Positions 8,206 through 18,473 of a DNA stretch of 64,000 bases are shown piece by piece. Below the pieces are notes generated by a model, which saw only the letters and a program-made list of their open reading frames with translations, made no database searches and was not told where the DNA came from. Made by a program: the position numbers and the translations under genes. Within the stretch, counting starts at the first letter, position 1. Every line of letters begins with the position of its first letter. Source of the DNA: an uncultured archaeon. GTDB lineage: Archaea; Aenigmatarchaeota; Aenigmatarchaeia; Aenigmatarchaeales; DAIDAN01. The stretch covers positions 1,929-65,928 of the forward strand of contig CAZJGC010000002.1 in NCBI GenBank assembly GCA_964545795.1. The letters run 5' to 3'.

Positions 8206-9243
8206 ATGGCAGGCATAGCTGGTTATGGCGCATATGTGCCAGTTTACAGAATAAAAATTAAGGATATAGCAGAGGCATGGGGGAAAGATGCTTCTATTAT
8301 AGAGAATGGTCTTCTTATAAAGGAAAAGTCTGTTGGAAGTATTGATGAAGATGCTGCAACAATTGCTGTAGAGGCTGCCATTAATGCATTAAAAAGGGCA
8401 TGCATAAAAGCTAACGAGATAGAAGCTATTTATGTTGGGAGCGAAAGTCATCCATATGCTGTCAAGCCAACATCTACTATAGTTGGGGATGCGATAGGTG
8501 TTGGCAACAAATACACAGGCGCTGATACAGAGTTTGCATGCAAGGCAGGAACAGCCGCAATGCAGATGTGTTTCGGGCTTGTAAGTTCCGGTATAATAAA
8601 ATATGGTCTTGCCATAGGCAGCGACACTGCTCAGGCTGCTCCAGGAGATGCTCTTGAATTTTCGGCAGCATCAGGCGGCGCTGCATTTATTATAGGAAAA
8701 GATAATGTGCTTGCAGAACTTGTGGACACGGTTTCGTATTCTTCCGACACTCCAGACTTCTGGAGAAGGCAGCATGCAGTTTACCCCAGACATGGCGGCA
8801 GGTTTACAGGGGAGCCTGCATATTTCAGGCATGTCATAGGAGCCACAAATCTTATTCTTGAAAAAACAGGGTTTAAAATATCAGATTTTGATTATTTTGT
8901 TTTTCATATGCCTAATGGCAAATTCCCGCTTTCAGTTGCAAAAAAATTTGGAATACCTTCCGAAAAAATTCAGGACGGGTTTGTTGTAAGCAAGATAGGA
9001 AACACATATTCCGGCTCGTCAATGCTTGGTCTGGCTTCTGTTTTGGATGTTGCAGACGCTGGAAAACGCATACTTGTTACATCTTATGGTTCAGGCGCAG
9101 GTTCAGATTCATTTATATTTGAAACAACTGAACTTTTGCAGGAAAGAAGGAAACTTGCACCTTTTGTTTCAGAATACATAGAAAGAAAAAAGTACATTTC
9201 TTACAGCGAATATCTTAAAATGAGGAAAAAAATGTTGTTGTGA
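8206..9243 (+). CDS. Archaeal HMG-CoA synthase
   Basis: [16 protein letters not shown]... is the initiation-condensing-enzyme fold. The ATG lies 5 nt after the hmgA stop. Confidence 0.85.
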   Translation: MAGIAGYGAYVPVYRIKIKDIAEAWGKDASIIENGLLIKEKSVGSIDEDAATIAVEAAINALKRACIKANEIEAIYVGSESHPYAVKPTSTIVGDAIGVGNKYTGADTEFACKAGTAAMQMCFGLVSSGIIKYGLAIGSDTAQAAPGDALEFSAASGGAAFIIGKDNVLAELVDTVSYSSDTPDFWRRQHAVYPRHGGRFTGEPAYFRHVIGATNLILEKTGFKISDFDYFVFHMPNGKFPLSVAKKFGIPSEKIQDGFVVSKIGNTYSGSSMLGLASVLDVADAGKRILVTSYGSGAGSDSFIFETTELLQERRKLAPFVSEYIERKKYISYSEYLKMRKKMLL

Positions 9244-9247
9244 TTAT

Positions 9248-10396
9248 ATGAGAGTTGCTGTTATAGGTTTGGGTATAACAAAATTCGGAGAACATTGGAA
9301 CAAAGGTTTGCGCGAACTTGCTGTTGATTCAGGAATAATGGCTATAGAAGATGCTGGAATAGAAGGAAAAGATTTGGATGCATTGTATATTGGAAACATG
9401 TCAGCAGGCAGGTTCGTAGGTCAGGAACATATAGGAGCTCTTATTGCAGACCAGATAGGCGTGGATATACCTTCAACTCATGTTGAGGCGGCATGCGCTT
9501 CTGGAGGTCTTGCACTGCGTCAGGCTGTTCTTTCTGTGATGTCGGGGCAGCATGATATTGTGCTTGCAGGCGGAGTGGAAAAAATGGTAGATGCAAGCGC
9601 AGAGAAAAGCACTGCAACTCTTATGGGGGCTGCAGATGAGGAATGGGAAGCGTTTCATGGCTTTACTTTCCCGGGAATATATGCTCTTATTGCAAGAAAG
9701 CATATGCATGATTTTGGCACAACCAGAGAACAGTTGGCGGCAGTTTCAGTAAAAAATCATAAAAATGCAATCTTAAATCCAATAGCGCAGTTTCCTTTTG
9801 AGGTTTCAACAGAAAAAGTTGTTAATTCTCCTATGGTTGCAGACCCGTTAAGGCTTCTTGATTGCTCGCCAATAACTGATGGCGCTGCTTCTGTAATAGT
9901 ATGCAGAGAAGATATTGCAAAAAAATATACTGACAATCCTGTGTATATTGTTGCATCAGCACACGCTTCAGATACTCTTGCTCTGCATGACAGACGCTCT
10001 ATCACAACTCTTGATGCAACAGTTAAAGCTGCGAAAATTGCCTATAAAATGGCTGGCATAACTGCAAAGGATATAGATGTTGCTGAAGTTCATGATTGCT
10101 TTACAATAGCCGAGCTTCTTGCAATAGAAGATTTGGGTTTTGTTGAAAAAGGCATGTCAGGAAAATTTGTTGAGGAAGGGAATACAGAGATAGGCGGAAC
10201 TATACCAATAAATACTTCAGGGGGTTTAAAAGCGTGCGGGCATCCTGTAGGCGCTACAGGAATAAAGCAGGTAATAGAGATTGCAAACCAACTTCGCGGA
10301 ACTGCAGGAAAAAGAAGCGTTGAATGCGAGTATGGACTTACGCATAATGTGGGTGGTTCAGGGGCAACTTGCATTATTCATATTTTAACAAGGTGA
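9248..10396 (+). CDS. Acetoacetyl-CoA thiolase (archaeal SCP-x type)
   Basis: Thiolase motifs VEAACASGG and GHPVGATG. Confidence 0.85.
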   Translation: MRVAVIGLGITKFGEHWNKGLRELAVDSGIMAIEDAGIEGKDLDALYIGNMSAGRFVGQEHIGALIADQIGVDIPSTHVEAACASGGLALRQAVLSVMSGQHDIVLAGGVEKMVDASAEKSTATLMGAADEEWEAFHGFTFPGIYALIARKHMHDFGTTREQLAAVSVKNHKNAILNPIAQFPFEVSTEKVVNSPMVADPLRLLDCSPITDGAASVIVCREDIAKKYTDNPVYIVASAHASDTLALHDRRSITTLDATVKAAKIAYKMAGITAKDIDVAEVHDCFTIAELLAIEDLGFVEKGMSGKFVEEGNTEIGGTIPINTSGGLKACGHPVGATGIKQVIEIANQLRGTAGKRSVECEYGLTHNVGGSGATCIIHILTR

Positions 10397-10400
10397 TTTA

Positions 10401-10799
10401 ATGACGCATAAGTCAAATATACCTCAGGCATGGAGAAGATTTGAAAACAGATACAGAATTGTTGGCGTTCATTGCAGCAATTGCAATACCGATTATTATC
10501 CTGTGCGATATATATGCCCTAAGTGCAGAAGAAAAGGAGATCTTGAAGAAAGGGAATTTTCTCAAAAAGGCACTATAATAACTTACTCTATAATACACAC
10601 ATCCACAAAAGATATGCAATTGCAGTTGCCTTATGTTATAGCGCTAATAAAATTGGATGATGGACCTGTAATATCAGCGCAGGTTGTTGAATGCGAAAAT
10701 CCTGAAATTGGTCAAAGAGTTCAGGGCGCATTCAGGAAAATCTGCGAAGACGGGGATACAGGAATAATACAATATGGAATAAAATTTAAACCTTTATGA
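10401..10799 (+). CDS. DUF35 OB-fold/Zn-ribbon protein; scaffold of the archaeal thiolase/HMG-CoA synthase complex
   Basis: CSNCNTDYYPVRYICPKCR zinc ribbon plus an OB fold. The conserved operon order, HMG-CoA synthase then thiolase then DUF35, supports the call. Confidence 0.75.
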   Translation: MTHKSNIPQAWRRFENRYRIVGVHCSNCNTDYYPVRYICPKCRRKGDLEEREFSQKGTIITYSIIHTSTKDMQLQLPYVIALIKLDDGPVISAQVVECENPEIGQRVQGAFRKICEDGDTGIIQYGIKFKPL

Positions 10800-11329
10800 A
10801 GGTGAATTATATTATTGAAATAATAATACATGGCAGAGGAGGGCAGGGAGTTGTTACAGCAGCAGAAGTGCTTGCAATGGCTGCTGCTTTTGAAGGCAAA
10901 AATTCTCAGGCTTTTCCTGTTTTTGGAAGCGAAAGAAGAGGAGCTCCTGTTAAGAGTTTTTGCAGAATAAATGATGGTCCAATAAGAGGTTATCAGCAAA
11001 TATATAATCCTGACATAGTTATGGTAATTGATGAAAAAATGTCGGATAACCAAGAATTGTATTCTAATATAAAACCAGGAGGGGTTGTTATCCTGAATAC
11101 AAGTAAGAAATTCCAGAGTGATAATATTATTTCAGTTGATGCTTCTGAAGTTGCTGACATAATAGGCAAACCTATTTACAATATAGCTATGTTGGGCGCC
11201 TTGATAAAAGCTACAGGAGTGTGTTCCTTTTCGTCATTAACAGAAGCAGTCAAAAACAGGTTCAACGATAAAATAGCAGAGAAGAATATTCTTGCTGCCG
11301 AAAAATGTTATAACGTGGTAAAATGTTAG
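10796..11329 (+). CDS. porG: Pyruvate:ferredoxin oxidoreductase gamma subunit
   Basis: [19 protein letters not shown] motif. Confidence 0.8.
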   Translation: MKVNYIIEIIIHGRGGQGVVTAAEVLAMAAAFEGKNSQAFPVFGSERRGAPVKSFCRINDGPIRGYQQIYNPDIVMVIDEKMSDNQELYSNIKPGGVVILNTSKKFQSDNIISVDASEVADIIGKPIYNIAMLGALIKATGVCSFSSLTEAVKNRFNDKIAEKNILAAEKCYNVVKC

Positions 11330-11541
11330 TTCCCATTTCAAAACCAGGTGAAAAAAACAATAAAACAGGAGATTGGGCTCAGTTAAGACCTGTGTTAGTT
11401 AAAGAATGCATAAAATGCGGCATATGCGAAAAATTCTGCCCTGATTCATGCATAAAGTTTGGAGTAGCTGATTATGATTATTGCAAAGGTTGCGGAATAT
11501 GTTCGCGGCAATGCCCAGTAAAAGCAATTGAAATGAAGTGA
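11323..11541 (+). CDS. porD: POR delta subunit (2x[4Fe-4S] ferredoxin)
   Basis: [12 protein letters not shown]...[12 protein letters not shown]. Confidence 0.8.
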   Translation: MLVPISKPGEKNNKTGDWAQLRPVLVKECIKCGICEKFCPDSCIKFGVADYDYCKGCGICSRQCPVKAIEMK

Positions 11542-11545
11542 TGTT

Positions 11546-12637
11546 ATGATTAAGACAGTTGAAGGTTCTATTGCTGTGGCTCATGCTGTCAGAAATTGCG
11601 AAATTGATCTGGCTGCATGTTTTCCTATAACTCCGTCCACTCATATTGCAGAGGAACTTGAAAGGCTTTATGCTAATGGAGAAATTAAGAATTACATTAC
11701 TACTGAGTCTGAATTTACTTCCATATCTGCGCTTATTGGCGCTTCTGCTGCTGGCGCGCGCGCATTCTCTGCAACTTCTTCTCAGGGGCTTGCGCTTATG
11801 CATGAAGCTTTGTTTAATGCAAGCGGCATGAGATTGCCTATGGTTCTTGCAGTAGGAAACCGTTCTCTTAGCGCTCCTCTGAATATATGGAATGACCATC
11901 AGGACAGCATATCTGAGAGGGACAATGGCTGGATACAACTTTATTGCGAAAACAATCAGGAAGCTGTTGACAATGTTATACAGGCGTTCAGAATCAGTGA
12001 AACTGCCAGAATTCCTGTAATGGTTTGCATGGACGGTTTCTTTCTTACTCATACAACTGAGCAGATTGACATTCCTGAACTTGAAAAAGTAAGAAAGTTT
12101 GCTCCTAAAGGAACATGGGATAAACTTGACCCTAACAATCCGTTAACCTTTGGTGCATATGCTTCTCCGGAGCATTATCAGATGTTCAGGGAAGATTTGC
12201 ATGAAGATTTGATGAAGTCAAAAACTGTGATAGAAGAGACAGGAAAAGAATTTGGAAAAAATTTTGGAAGAGAATATGGTCTTGTTGAAGATTACAAAAC
12301 CAAAGATTCAGAAACAATAATAATTTGCATGGGTTCAAGCGCGGCAAATGCGAAAAATGCTGTTGACGAGTCTGAATCAGTTGGGTTGCTAAGAGTAAGG
12401 TGCTACAGACCTTTTCCTTATGAGCAAATAAGAAGAATATGCGAGGATGCAAAAAAGATTATTGTTTTTGAGAAAGCCATGAGCGCGGGTTCGTTCCCTC
12501 CTTTATTTTCTGAAGTATGTTCAATGTTTCAGGGCAAAAATATAATAAGCGTGATTGGAGGTCTTGGCGGGAGGGATGTCACGGCGGAGCATTTCAAAAA
12601 AATGCTGGATTTTGAAAAGTCGGGTTTTATAAGGTGA
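11546..12637 (+). CDS. porA: POR alpha subunit
   Basis: GSIAVAHAVRNCEIDLAACFPITPST is the POR alpha N-terminal domain. Confidence 0.85.
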   Translation: MIKTVEGSIAVAHAVRNCEIDLAACFPITPSTHIAEELERLYANGEIKNYITTESEFTSISALIGASAAGARAFSATSSQGLALMHEALFNASGMRLPMVLAVGNRSLSAPLNIWNDHQDSISERDNGWIQLYCENNQEAVDNVIQAFRISETARIPVMVCMDGFFLTHTTEQIDIPELEKVRKFAPKGTWDKLDPNNPLTFGAYASPEHYQMFREDLHEDLMKSKTVIEETGKEFGKNFGREYGLVEDYKTKDSETIIICMGSSAANAKNAVDESESVGLLRVRCYRPFPYEQIRRICEDAKKIIVFEKAMSAGSFPPLFSEVCSMFQGKNIISVIGGLGGRDVTAEHFKKMLDFEKSGFIR

Positions 12638-12644
12638 AATAAAT

Positions 12645-13499
12645 ATGGAAGGTTTGATTCATGGGCACAGGGCATGCGCAGGTTGCGGATGCGCAATATG
12701 CATGAATATGATTTTAAGGACAATAGGAAAAGATGTTATAATTGTGAATGCTACTGGTTGCATGGAAATTATTTCAACTCTTTATCCTGAAACTTCGTGG
12801 GACGTGCCATATATACACAGCCTTTTTGAAAATGCGCCTGCAGTTGCTTCAGGAATTGCAAGGTATTTGCAGTCAGAGGGAAAGGAAACCAAAGTTATAT
12901 GCATAGGCGGAGACGGAGGCACTTATGATATAGGATTTGCTGCGTTGTCAGGAATGCTTGAAAGGAATGAAAATGTGCTTTATATTTGCTATGATAATGA
13001 GGCTTATATGAATACAGGCGTTCAAAGGAGTAGCGCCACTCCTCTGCATGCGGAAACTACAACATCGCAGTATGGCAACAAAGTTCATGGAAAACTGGAA
13101 TGGAAAAAGCCGATATTGGATATAGTTGCAGCCCATAAAGTTCCTTATGTAGCCAGCGCAAGCATAGCATTTCCTGAGGACCTGACAAACAAAATAAAAA
13201 AGGCATTGAATATAAAAGGCTCAAGATTTATAGACGTTCATTGTTCATGCCCGCTTGGTTGGGGGCATGACAGCAGTCTGACAATAGAGAAGTGCAGACA
13301 GGCTGTTGAATGCGGAATGTGGGTTTTGTTTGAGGTGGAAAACGGAAAAATCACGCTTAATAAAAAAGATAAAACCCTGCCTGTAAAAGATTATATTGCA
13401 GGGCAAAAAAGATTTTCCAAACTTTCTGAACAGGATATAAAAGAATTGCAGAGTATGGTTGACAAACAATGGGAAGAAATTATCAGAAGAAGTCAATAA
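12645..13499 (+). CDS. porB: POR beta subunit (TPP-binding)
   Basis: ACAGCGC...GCMEI...GGDGGTYDIG is a TPP-binding motif. Confidence 0.85.
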   Translation: MEGLIHGHRACAGCGCAICMNMILRTIGKDVIIVNATGCMEIISTLYPETSWDVPYIHSLFENAPAVASGIARYLQSEGKETKVICIGGDGGTYDIGFAALSGMLERNENVLYICYDNEAYMNTGVQRSSATPLHAETTTSQYGNKVHGKLEWKKPILDIVAAHKVPYVASASIAFPEDLTNKIKKALNIKGSRFIDVHCSCPLGWGHDSSLTIEKCRQAVECGMWVLFEVENGKITLNKKDKTLPVKDYIAGQKRFSKLSEQDIKELQSMVDKQWEEIIRRSQ

Positions 13500-13523
13500 A
13501 AAAGAAAACAAAAAAATAAAAAA

Positions 13524-13760
13524 TCAATGGCTTCTGAAATACTCCTCAAAACTTCTGCCTGCATTCTCATCCAGCTTCTTCAATTCCTCTACTACCATCT
13601 CACCTATTCGCCTCGTGGACATGCCGTCTTCTACCCTGCCTGCGACAGCGTCAGCCACCTGATTTGCCACATCTTCAGATGCTCCTGCTTTTTTGCAGGA
13701 TTCGCATATTTTGTTCTTGTCAAACTCCTGCGTGGAGCCGTCTTTTTTTGTTACATTCAT
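13524..13760 (-). CDS. Stand-alone ATP-cone domain protein
   Basis: MNVTKKDGSTQEFDKNKI... resembles the ATP-cone signature, VxKRDGxxExFdxxKI. Confidence 0.5.
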   Translation of the reverse strand: MNVTKKDGSTQEFDKNKICESCKKAGASEDVANQVADAVAGRVEDGMSTRRIGEMVVEELKKLDENAGRSFEEYFRSH

Positions 13761-13801
13761 TTAATCACCTAATTTAATTTTATAACCGGCATTTTAAAAA
13801 A

Positions 13802-14443
13802 CTATGTTTTAAAGCCGTATTTACCTTTCAATGGTACAAATGTAAAGAAGCCGGGAAATTTTTTTATTTCAAGTCCTTTTTTCAGTTTTGTTATCAAAGT
13901 CATTTTCTGGGTTTCCATATCTCCTATAGGTATCAGCAGCTTGCCGAAAGTTTTAAGTTGTTCAATAAGTTCTTTGGGAACTTCCTGCGTCGCTGCTGTT
14001 ATTATAATCTTGTCAAACGGCATGTATTTCCTTAGCCCAAGAGAACCGTCTGCATTAAATATTTTAATGTTCTTTATTTTGAGTTTCTGAATATTGTTTT
14101 TTGCAAATTCTGCAAGTTCTGGTATAATTTCTGTTGTATACACAAAACCTTTTTTTGCTATTCTGCTTAAAATTGCTGCCTGCCAGCCGCTGCCGGTTCC
14201 AATTTCAAGTATTTTATCATTTTCTTTAATATCAAGAATTTCAGTCATTAATACTACTGTAGAAGGTTGGGAAATTGTCTGCCCCCAACCTATGGGCAAA
14301 GGATTATTAATATATGCGAATTTTTTCAATTCTTCAGGCAAAAATTCATGTCTTGGCGCTTCCCTTAAGGCTTCTTCAACTCGTTCTGATTTCAGGATTC
14401 CTGATTTCTTCATATTTTCTATTAATTGCTCCAGTTCATACAT
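13802..14443 (-). CDS. pcm: Protein-L-isoaspartate O-methyltransferase
   Basis: ILEIGTGSGWQAAIL matches the SAM-binding motif of PIMT. Confidence 0.85.
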   Translation of the reverse strand: MYELEQLIENMKKSGILKSERVEEALREAPRHEFLPEELKKFAYINNPLPIGWGQTISQPSTVVLMTEILDIKENDKILEIGTGSGWQAAILSRIAKKGFVYTTEIIPELAEFAKNNIQKLKIKNIKIFNADGSLGLRKYMPFDKIIITAATQEVPKELIEQLKTFGKLLIPIGDMETQKMTLITKLKKGLEIKKFPGFFTFVPLKGKYGFKT

Positions 14444-14477
14444 AACAATATATATTAGTTAAACAGTTTAATAAACT

Positions 14478-15272
14478 ATGCAGTTAAATTTGTTAATAAG
14501 AAAAATCAAAAATATTGAAATACAGGGCGCAAAAGAAATAGCAATAGAGAGTTTGAAATTTCTTAAAACATTTGCATTAAAAAATGGTTTTGGAAAAAAA
14601 TTTGATGTTGTTTGCAAAGAACTTGAGAGCGCAAGACCTACTGCTGTGGTTCTTCATAATTGTATTGAAATAATAAAGAAGGAAAGGAGTATTGAGGCAA
14701 TAGACAAACTGCTTGAACAACTGCAAACTGACAATATATCAAAGCATGGATTAAAGGTAATCAGAAAGAAATCTGTTATAATGACTCATTGTCATTCTTC
14801 TGAGGCAATATCTCTTATAAAAAAGACAATGCCAAAAAAAGTCTTTGCAACTGAAACAGACCCGAAAGAGCAGGGAGTAAAAACGGCAAAAGAGTTGGCA
14901 AAAGAAAAAGTTTCCGTTGTTTTAATAATAGATTCTGCTTCAGGGTTTTTCATGCCTGAAGTTGATTATGTAATTGTAGGAGCCGATGCAATCAGAAAAG
15001 AAGGTGTTGTAAATAAAATTGGCACATACCCTTTAGGTGCGCTTGCAAAGGAACATAAAAAGCCGTTTTATGTTGTTGCCGATAGTTTAAAAATTGATAC
15101 ACGCAGGAATTTTGTAATAGAAGAACGGCCTGCTGAAGAGGTGCATAAAAAAATAAAGGGGGTAAAAATCAGAAACCCGGCTTTTGATATAACTCCATGG
15201 AAGTTTGTTACAGGCGTTATTATGGAAAGTGGTGTTTTTAAGCCGGTAAAAATAAAGGAGATGATAAAATGA
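14478..15272 (+). CDS. Ribose-1,5-bisphosphate isomerase (eIF-2B alpha/beta/delta family)
   Basis: eIF2B-like fold. It overlaps the rbcL start with ATGA and sits in an operon with RuBisCO and AMP phosphorylase. Confidence 0.7.
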   Translation: MQLNLLIRKIKNIEIQGAKEIAIESLKFLKTFALKNGFGKKFDVVCKELESARPTAVVLHNCIEIIKKERSIEAIDKLLEQLQTDNISKHGLKVIRKKSVIMTHCHSSEAISLIKKTMPKKVFATETDPKEQGVKTAKELAKEKVSVVLIIDSASGFFMPEVDYVIVGADAIRKEGVVNKIGTYPLGALAKEHKKPFYVVADSLKIDTRRNFVIEERPAEEVHKKIKGVKIRNPAFDITPWKFVTGVIMESGVFKPVKIKEMIK

Positions 15273-16486
15273 GATATATTGATTTTGTTGATTTGTCTTA
15301 TAAGCCTAAGAACGATTTAATATGCGATTTTTATCTGGAGGCAAAGGACATAAAAAAATCTGCGGGTGCTGTTGCTGCTGAGTCAAGTATTGGCACATGG
15401 ACAGATGTTTCTACAATAAAGAACTATGTTGAAAGAATGGCTGCAAAAGTTTTTTATATTAAAAAAACAGGAAAGGGCGCGGAAATAAAAATTGCATATC
15501 CAATAGATTTGTTTGAACAGGGAAGTATGCCGAATATTCTTTCTTCTGTAGCAGGAAATGTTTTTGGAATGAAAGAATTAAGGAATTTAAGGCTGAATGA
15601 TATTGTTTTTCCTAAGAAGTTGCTAAAAAGTTTCAAAGGACCAAAATACGGCATAACGGGAATAAGGAAAATTTTCAAAACAAAAAGGCCGTTGGTTGGC
15701 ACAATAATAAAGCCAAAATTAGGGTTAGTGACAAAAGACCATGCTAATGTGGCTTATGAGTCATGGAAAGGAGGCTGTGATATAGTAAAGGATGACGAGA
15801 ATTTAGGCAGCCAGAAGTTTAATTCATTCAGAAAAAGGTTTTTGGAAACAATAAAAATGCGGGATAAAGCAGAAAAAGAAACAGGGGAGAAAAAGATTTA
15901 CATGATAAATATAACTGCGGAAACAGAGGAAATGATTAGACGCGCTGATTTTGTTGCTAATAACGGCGGGGAATATATTATGGTTGATATAATTAGCGCA
16001 GGATGGTCTGCATTGCAGACTTTAAGAAACAAAAATTTTAATCTTGTAATGCATGCTCACAGGGCAGGGCATGCGGCATTTACGAAAAATCCAAAACACG
16101 GGATATCCATGAAAGTCGTATCTAAGATTGTAAGAATAGTTGGCTGCGACCAGCTTCATGTTGGAACCGGGGTAGGAAAAATGTATGAAACAAAAGAAGA
16201 AGTTCTTGAGAATGTTTCTGCATTAAAGGAAGAAAACGGATTAAGAACTGTAATGCCTGTTGCTTCAGGAGGTTTGCATCCGGGACATGTGCCTGCTTTG
16301 CTGAATATTTTTGGAAGTGATGTGGTAATACAGGCTGGCGGAGGAATACATGGAAATCCGTTAGGAACGCAGGCAGGCGCAACTGCTATGAGGCAGGCTG
16401 TTGATGCATGCCTTGAAGGGATTTCTTTGAAAGAATATGCTAAAAACCGCAAGGAGTTGACGGCGGCTTTGAAAAAGTGGAAATGA
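15269..16486 (+). CDS. rbcL: RuBisCO large subunit, archaeal form III
   Basis: IIKPKLGL, GGCDIVKDDENLGSQ, HAHRAGHAA and PVASGGLHPGH motifs. Confidence 0.85.
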   Translation: MRYIDFVDLSYKPKNDLICDFYLEAKDIKKSAGAVAAESSIGTWTDVSTIKNYVERMAAKVFYIKKTGKGAEIKIAYPIDLFEQGSMPNILSSVAGNVFGMKELRNLRLNDIVFPKKLLKSFKGPKYGITGIRKIFKTKRPLVGTIIKPKLGLVTKDHANVAYESWKGGCDIVKDDENLGSQKFNSFRKRFLETIKMRDKAEKETGEKKIYMINITAETEEMIRRADFVANNGGEYIMVDIISAGWSALQTLRNKNFNLVMHAHRAGHAAFTKNPKHGISMKVVSKIVRIVGCDQLHVGTGVGKMYETKEEVLENVSALKEENGLRTVMPVASGGLHPGHVPALLNIFGSDVVIQAGGGIHGNPLGTQAGATAMRQAVDACLEGISLKEYAKNRKELTAALKKWK

Positions 16487-16539
16487 AATTTGGGTTTGCA
16501 AGAAAAATCTTTTAAAGCCGCAAATTAATTAATTGATAG

Positions 16540-16896
16540 GTGGTATCTTTGAAAAACATAAAAATCTCAAAATGGGATGTTTTTGCAGTTCTTGGGTTGG
16601 CGGCATTTATAATTATTATGTCAGTTCTTGTTTATGCTCCAAAAGGCGAATGCGAGGTTGCAAGGCCCGGATACAAGTGCGCATCTGCAAAAAGTGTTAT
16701 GATAGAAAACTGCAATTACTGGGGAAAATATGCATGCAACACATCTGCAGATGTCAGCCTGCCTCAGGTGGAATGGTATATTGGAAATTTGTGCAAAATA
16801 GCAAATGAAAATCATGGGTATGGCTATGAGTGCGCAAATCTAAAACTTGCATGCAATCAGGTAACAGGAAAACAGGTTTGTCCGGTGGGAATATGA
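16540..16896 (+). CDS. Small Cys-rich secreted or membrane-anchored protein of unknown function
   Basis: N-terminal hydrophobic helix AVLGLAAFIIIMSVLVYA followed by 10 Cys. GTG start. The stop overlaps the deoA ATG (ATGA). The alternative frame 16533..16808 is rejected. Confidence 0.5.
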   Translation: MVSLKNIKISKWDVFAVLGLAAFIIIMSVLVYAPKGECEVARPGYKCASAKSVMIENCNYWGKYACNTSADVSLPQVEWYIGNLCKIANENHGYGYECANLKLACNQVTGKQVCPVGI

Positions 16897-18434
16897 AATT
16901 GTCAGCAAAGCCATTAAGTCTTGAAGTTGGAGACAAGAATGTAGTTGTTATTAACAGGAAAGACGCAGATTTTCTTGATTTGCATGCTCTTGAAAGGGTT
17001 AAATTAAAGTTTAAAGGAAATGAAATGGTTGCGATAGTAAATATAACAGACAAGTTTGTTAATGAAGGGGAAATAGCCACAAGCAATGAAATAAATTCTT
17101 TTTTTGGATTAAAAAAAGGAGATAAAATTTCTGTGTCAATAGAGAAAGAGCCTGATTCTGTTATTTTCATAAAACAAAAAATTGCAGGGCATAAGCTCAA
17201 CTATGAACAGATTGAGTCCATTGTCAGGGATGTTGTAAGCAAAAAACTTTCAGGCATAGAAATATCATCATTTTTGACAGCCCTTTATATCCGCGGCATG
17301 AGCAGAGATGAAGTTGAATATTTATCAAGAGCAATGATAAACAATGGAAAAAAACTGAATTTTGGAAATAGCGTTGTTGATAAACATTCTATAGGAGGCG
17401 TGCCCGGAGACAAAACTTCAATAGTTCTGGTTCCTGTGATTGCGTCTGCAGGGCTTATAATACCAAAGACATCTTCGCGGGCGATAACATCTGCAGCAGG
17501 AACAGCAGACAGAATGGAAGTGCTTGCAAACGTTGAGTTTGATTCTAAAGAAATAGTCAGAATTGTCAAAAAAACAAACGGTTGCCTTGTATGGGGAGGC
17601 GCGCTTGACCTTGCTCCTGCTGATGATGAATTTATAGAGGTTGAGTTTCCTCTTGGCATAGACCCGCTTTTACTGCCTTCTATAATGTCAAAGAAGAAGT
17701 CTGTTGGGGCAAAATATGTTGTTATTGACATACCTACAGGCAGCGGCGCAAAGATTAAGACGGTAGATGATGCCAAAATTTTGTCAGAGGAATTCATAGA
17801 GCTTGGCAAGAAATTTAACATGTCAGTTGTTTGCGGCATTACTGTTGGCGAGCAACCTATAGGATATAATATAGGGCCTGCTCTTGAAGCAAAAGAGGCT
17901 CTTGAAACAATAATGGGAAGAGGTCCAAAAGACCTTGTAGAGAAGGTTTCGCAACTTGGAGGCATAATATTTGAAATGACAGGAAAGGGAAATTATGATG
18001 ATGTTCTGAGAATTATAAAAACAGGAAAAGCTGAAAGGAAGTTCAGGCAAATAATTGCTGAGCAGGGAGGGAATCCGAAAATAAAACCTTCTGATATAGT
18101 TATTGGAGACAAAATCTTTGATGTTCGTTCAAGAAGGTCAGGAAAGGTGCTGCAAATAAAAAATATGGAAATAGCAAAAACCGCAAAAATGGCGGGTTCG
18201 CCTAAGGACAAAGGTGCAGGTGTGAGATTGCACAAAAAACTTGGAGATATTGTTAAGAAAGGCGAAAAATTGTTTACAATTTATGCTGAGAATACAATAA
18301 AGCTTAACAGGGCAGTGAAGTTTGCAAGAGAGTATGAACCTGTTGTGGTAGGCAGCTTGCTTAAAGGAAAAATACTTATTGACAGGTTTCCTTCTGATGT
18401 TTTGAATGCAAAAACTGTTTTTCTGGAGAGATAA
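16893..18434 (+). CDS. deoA: AMP phosphorylase (thymidine phosphorylase family)
   Basis: GGVPGDKTSIVLVPVIASAG and an N-terminal extension, as in archaeal AMPpase. The real start is probably the ATG at 16893 (MKLSAKPLSL). Confidence 0.8.
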   Translation: MKLSAKPLSLEVGDKNVVVINRKDADFLDLHALERVKLKFKGNEMVAIVNITDKFVNEGEIATSNEINSFFGLKKGDKISVSIEKEPDSVIFIKQKIAGHKLNYEQIESIVRDVVSKKLSGIEISSFLTALYIRGMSRDEVEYLSRAMINNGKKLNFGNSVVDKHSIGGVPGDKTSIVLVPVIASAGLIIPKTSSRAITSAAGTADRMEVLANVEFDSKEIVRIVKKTNGCLVWGGALDLAPADDEFIEVEFPLGIDPLLLPSIMSKKKSVGAKYVVIDIPTGSGAKIKTVDDAKILSEEFIELGKKFNMSVVCGITVGEQPIGYNIGPALEAKEALETIMGRGPKDLVEKVSQLGGIIFEMTGKGNYDDVLRIIKTGKAERKFRQIIAEQGGNPKIKPSDIVIGDKIFDVRSRRSGKVLQIKNMEIAKTAKMAGSPKDKGAGVRLHKKLGDIVKKGEKLFTIYAENTIKLNRAVKFAREYEPVVVGSLLKGKILIDRFPSDVLNAKTVFLER

Positions 18435-18473
18435 GCAAAGTTAATATATAAAACAAGACAAATAAATAAAATT

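Noticed and set aside
16533-16808. Alternative frame ORF (91 aa) overlapping 16540..16896
   Set aside because: Its sequence is basic and junk-like. The other frame has a coherent signal-anchor plus Cys-rich domain and ATGA coupling to deoA.
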